A DNA stretch of 64,000 nt, taken from IMG/VR virus record IMGVR_UViG_3300014205_000175, positions 32,001-96,000 of that record, one strand, 5' to 3'. A model generated the notes under the pieces. That model saw only the letters and a list, made by a program, of their open reading frames with translations, was not told the origin of the DNA and ran no database searches. A program made the position numbers and the translations under genes. The number at the start of each line of letters is the position of its first letter. Position 1 is the stretch's first letter. This DNA is from a virus (Duplodnaviria > Caudoviricetes). Of the stretch, positions 60,467-64,000 are shown piece after piece.

Positions 60467-60481
60467 CATATTTAATATCTG
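60467..60481 (+). promoter_or_regulatory. Promoter-like motif variant CATATTTAATATCTG upstream of phuZ
   Basis: Motif variant in a long intergenic region. Confidence 0.5.
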
Positions 60482-60561
60482 GTAGTCGCATAGAGAAAAA
60501 CCAGTTAGCGAATATCAAGTGGTAGTAACGTTCGGTTATATTTTAATAAGGAGATTGTAAC

Positions 60562-61527
60562 GTGGCGATGACGATGAAGCTGTTGGGTTGTGGTGGTGCA
60601 GGGATTAATATCGTTAAAAAGTTCCTGGGTAAGTCTGGCGAAGGGTTTGCTGATCTCGATATCTGCATGCTCGATACGTCGCGTTCGAATATGCCTAAGG
60701 ATATCAACGAAGACAACATCTATCTCTTCGATGGTCTGGATGGTAGCGGGAAGCTGCGTGCGAGTAACTACTCAGTCATCAGTGAGCGGGCACGTGAGAT
60801 CGTGCAACGGGTCAAACCTGGTGATGTGACGGTGGTCGTGCATTCAGCCAGTGGTGGCAGTGGGAGCGTTTTAGCTCCAGTCCTGATCAGTGAGCTTCTG
60901 AAGCGCGAGGTGATGGTGATGGTCGTGGCGGTAGGTTCGTCTGACAGCCGCATCGAAGTCGAGAACACTATCAAGACGCTCAAGAGCTATGCGATCATCA
61001 GCCAGAAGAACGAACGGCCGATCAACATGATCTACGCTGAGAACACGCGCGAGATGGGTCGCGGGGCAGTCGACAAAGCGATCGAGACCAACATCATCCT
61101 CGCGTCGCTCTTTTTCTCTGGACAGAACCGTGAACTCGATAAGAGCGATCTACGCAACTTTCTCGACTATCACAAAGTAACGAGTTTTGCGCCGAAACTT
61201 ACGATGGTTGATTTCTGTAGCGGTGGCGTGTCATTGGAACGCGATCAAGCGCTCGTGAGTGCAGTGAGTCTGACCGATGAGAACGCATCGACGGCGATTG
61301 ATCAGCCGCTCGAATATCAGGCTACTGGCTTTATTACGACTGCTGTTAAAGAAGCAGTAAAAGTAGACATGCCTATTCATATGGTCACCGTTGCGAACTA
61401 CTTCGGTAATGTCATCGAACGCCTGGAAAAACAACTGCGTGTCATCGATGAAGCTCGTTCTGCTGTGATCGAAAAATCCATCGTGTCGAATCAGGAAAAC
61501 TACACCGATACTGGTTTGGTTCTCTAA
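60562..61527 (+). CDS. phuZ: PhuZ phage tubulin
   Basis: GCGGAGINI, DTSRSN, GSGKLR and SASGGSGS tubulin/FtsZ motifs; 321 aa. Confidence 0.93.
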   Translation: MAMTMKLLGCGGAGINIVKKFLGKSGEGFADLDICMLDTSRSNMPKDINEDNIYLFDGLDGSGKLRASNYSVISERAREIVQRVKPGDVTVVVHSASGGSGSVLAPVLISELLKREVMVMVVAVGSSDSRIEVENTIKTLKSYAIISQKNERPINMIYAENTREMGRGAVDKAIETNIILASLFFSGQNRELDKSDLRNFLDYHKVTSFAPKLTMVDFCSGGVSLERDQALVSAVSLTDENASTAIDQPLEYQATGFITTAVKEAVKVDMPIHMVTVANYFGNVIERLEKQLRVIDEARSAVIEKSIVSNQENYTDTGLVL

Positions 61528-61599
61528 GCGGCTAAGTCACGAGAGGGGACGTCTAGGGACGCCCCTTTTAAATAACGTGTTATACGGGAATAACTAATA

Positions 61600-61806
61600 A
61601 TGAACCTTCAATATCCAGACACACATACGAAGTTCCGCCACGGTGAACGTGTGAAGAAGACGAAGGGATCACAGTGGCATGGTACTGTGGTCGGATGGTA
61701 TAGCACTAGCCTTACCCCTGAGGGCTATGCCGTCGAGAGTGCCAGTGAGAAAGGTAGTGTGCAGATTTACCCGGCTACAGCGTTAGAGCTGTGGCCCACT
61801 AACTAA
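61600..61806 (+). CDS. dfrB: DfrB-family (R67-type) dihydrofolate reductase homolog
   Basis: [52 protein letters not shown] is collinear with the R67 DHFR core, including VQIY. Confidence 0.88.
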   Translation: MNLQYPDTHTKFRHGERVKKTKGSQWHGTVVGWYSTSLTPEGYAVESASEKGSVQIYPATALELWPTN

Positions 61807-61848
61807 CGGTAGATTGTCGGGGGCTTTGGAGCCCTCGGTTTTTGAAAG

Positions 61849-62142
61849 GTGTTAATGATGACAGATACATCGGCAACCGTGTTCAACTTTCCTGTGCCTA
61901 CTCCGACTGTGCGCCCTTACCAGTTGGTTGCTACGAGTGAGCTACGCTATGCGTGGCGGCGTTCGTGCGATGTGCCGTGGTATTTAAGCTGGATGAAAAG
62001 CCACGAGAAAGTGTTGCAGCGAAAGTATCTTGAATGTCATGACAGCGACGCAGAACCTAATGCAGTGTGGATAGATATCCCGACAGTCGAAGAAGAACCG
62101 TCGATTATGCTAACGGCGTTAGGGTATCAACGTGAATGTTAG
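61849..62142 (+). CDS. Hypothetical protein
   Basis: 97-aa ORF in a co-directional run. Confidence 0.5.
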   Translation: MLMMTDTSATVFNFPVPTPTVRPYQLVATSELRYAWRRSCDVPWYLSWMKSHEKVLQRKYLECHDSDAEPNAVWIDIPTVEEEPSIMLTALGYQREC

Positions 62143-62446
62143 TAGTTTGCATGAGCTGGTAACACGTGCACTGATGTTAGATCAAGCCGTACCTCGCTCT
62201 AGAGGTATAGGTGAAGTAGAATCATATATTTATAGCCACGCTGAACTCGACGATTACTATATCGGTCTACGATTACAGTCGGATGCATGGGAATTTAATA
62301 TCCTGGGCTATGGCTGTAAGTGTCTATACGGTTTACGCTATGAGCCGCAACGAGGATGGCTGACTACGGGTCATGCTCATCATGTACTCCCAGAATGGAA
62401 AAAGATTTTAGTGAACACTTTTGCTATCATAAAAGAGAATATGTGA
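62132..62446 (+). CDS. Hypothetical protein
   Basis: 104-aa ORF followed by a hairpin at about 62452-62492. Confidence 0.5.
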   Translation: MNVSSLHELVTRALMLDQAVPRSRGIGEVESYIYSHAELDDYYIGLRLQSDAWEFNILGYGCKCLYGLRYEPQRGWLTTGHAHHVLPEWKKILVNTFAIIKENM

Positions 62447-62590
62447 TGCCACCTCTAGCTCGCCTGCCTGTGAGGGTGGGGCGAGCTAGAGGGGTTGTGT
62501 GCCTTTGCGATAGTCGACACTATGGCTATCCTTCTTCCATAGTAAAAAACCTCGCTACGCTTCATCTAATGGCTTCTAGGGGTATTTAAC

Positions 62591-62977
62591 ATGAGATATT
62601 TAGAAACGTTTTACATGTTGGACATCCGTGACATCTGGGTGTACCTAGAGAACGAGCTTTTACCGATCTGCCGTAAGTATAATGCGCGACTCTCGTTCGA
62701 CATAGCTTGTGAAGCGGTGATCGCTGAGGCTCTACAGAGGGTAGGGATCAGTCTGACAGGTAAGCATTGTTTCGATAATATCTGTCGCTACGATGTAACC
62801 GAATGTGGCGACCCTGACCTAGAACCGATTAAATGGTGGGTAACTCAGCAGCTCCAGCGCGCTCTAACAGCGCATCAGGTTTGTTTGAGTTATGCCGAAC
62901 GCGTTAAATATCTCGCTAGCCGCACTGCTTTGGTGCTGGTGGTGGTGAGGGACATGGATAAAAGGGAGTTAGGGTAG
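62591..62977 (+). CDS. Hypothetical protein
   Basis: 128 aa with AGGGG RBS. Confidence 0.6.
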   Translation: MRYLETFYMLDIRDIWVYLENELLPICRKYNARLSFDIACEAVIAEALQRVGISLTGKHCFDNICRYDVTECGDPDLEPIKWWVTQQLQRALTAHQVCLSYAERVKYLASRTALVLVVVRDMDKRELG

Positions 62978-62979
62978 AG

Positions 62980-63639
62980 ATGAAAAATACAGACACGGTA
63001 GATCTAAATGAGCTTTTGCAACCTACCGAGATGACTCTCATCGACATGCTACCTTATGTTGTCGAGTGGGATGATGATCCGTATCTGAACGCGTTGGTCG
63101 CACCTCCGGTCGGCATTTATCTGCCGGGCTCGGTTGAACCAGTCCTGCACTCAAACGGCAAATATTACCCGCAGTCGAAACTCGGTGAAGAAGCTCACCT
63201 CATCACCGATCTCACGCAGATCTATAACGTTACTGAACCGATCGTCGACAAGAACGGCATCGTCCTCACCACGCCCGATAAACTCAGACGTCTTAAGCGC
63301 TATATCACTACGCAGCCACAAGTGCCAGCGATGGCAATCAAAGTAGCTTGCAGTATCGCGATTGCCTTTATCAACAATCTATCCATCTATACGCGCAGCC
63401 CTCGTAACACCTATCACCTGAGTAGGCTCGTGTCGGATCAGCACTTTGATCTTATCGCGACCGAAGCCTACGAGAATCTGCTCGATGAGATGCTATTATC
63501 CCTAAACGCGTTCGTAGGTAAGGATCGACATCATATCTATTTTACGCGTCTCAAAGGTACGAGCTTGGTGGTAGAGAAGACGATCGACTTTCGCGTGTAT
63601 GACTGGTATCGCATGCAACAATCTAAGGATCATGATTAA
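62980..63639 (+). CDS. Conserved phiKZ-like hypothetical protein
   Basis: 219 aa coupled to neighbours; C-terminal DFRVYDW motif. Confidence 0.6.
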   Translation: MKNTDTVDLNELLQPTEMTLIDMLPYVVEWDDDPYLNALVAPPVGIYLPGSVEPVLHSNGKYYPQSKLGEEAHLITDLTQIYNVTEPIVDKNGIVLTTPDKLRRLKRYITTQPQVPAMAIKVACSIAIAFINNLSIYTRSPRNTYHLSRLVSDQHFDLIATEAYENLLDEMLLSLNAFVGKDRHHIYFTRLKGTSLVVEKTIDFRVYDWYRMQQSKDHD

Positions 63640-63985
63640 ACTGCTGCCGTACAAGCCCATGTATGTGGTGTTGGATGTTTCTCGGTTCATCGACTGGAAG
63701 TACCGTTTCAGAGTAGAGGAAGAAACCCTTGCAGAGATGCTCAAGATGATTCTCTATAGCTATCCGTTCGGGATATTCGCGGACGGCATCTGGGAGCTAC
63801 TCGAAACGGCGATGGATTTTGACCACATGTCCGATGTCCATCTACAGAACTTAGATATAGCCATTGAAGAACTATGTTTCGATGTTGATGCGTATATCCG
63901 TGTGATGTTAGGTGGTGTGGCGGACGAGTATCGTTATTATCAATGGCTTAACCCTTGGTCAGTAGTACTGAAGAGGAACATCTAA
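63632..63985 (+). CDS. Hypothetical protein
   Basis: AAGGA RBS before MIKLLPY at 63632. Confidence 0.55.
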   Translation: MIKLLPYKPMYVVLDVSRFIDWKYRFRVEEETLAEMLKMILYSYPFGIFADGIWELLETAMDFDHMSDVHLQNLDIAIEELCFDVDAYIRVMLGGVADEYRYYQWLNPWSVVLKRNI

Positions 63986-64000
63986 TGCATTTGCCATTGC

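Noticed and set aside
1-64000. Stop-codon reassignment, tRNA or rRNA genes
   Set aside because: Core genes are full length in the standard code with all three stops used, and no cloverleaf or rRNA-like segment was seen by eye.

Overview
This window is a 64-kb segment of a phiKZ-like jumbo phage (Chimalliviridae-type, probably nucleus-forming) and reads cleanly in the standard genetic code. Core genes: SbcC-like ATPase (split by a one-base frameshift), RNase H, UvsX, four virion RNA polymerase subunits (gp149-, gp180-, gp178- and gp176-like), a 2769-aa tape-measure/tail lysin, prohead protease, tail sheath and tube, baseplate/neck proteins, large terminase and PhuZ tubulin. Accessory islands lie between the core blocks, most behind a 15-bp early-promoter-like motif (CATATWTADTAYNTG, 8 copies). 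The most notable items are: (1) an internally deleted IS200/IS605 tnpB that keeps its omegaRNA scaffold and right end and sits behind a phage promoter motif; (2) an S74 self-cleaving chaperone domain with a duplicated Ser-Lys cleavage motif in the middle of the tape-measure protein; (3) four tandem 188-aa AP2-like paralogs separated by covarying hairpins; (4) a DfrB (R67-type) dihydrofolate reductase next to phuZ; (5) two DUF285/BspA repeat genes, one of which shares a promoter-stem-loop-RBS leader with the paralog array. phiKZ gp numbers come from remembered motifs and synteny, not from a database search.
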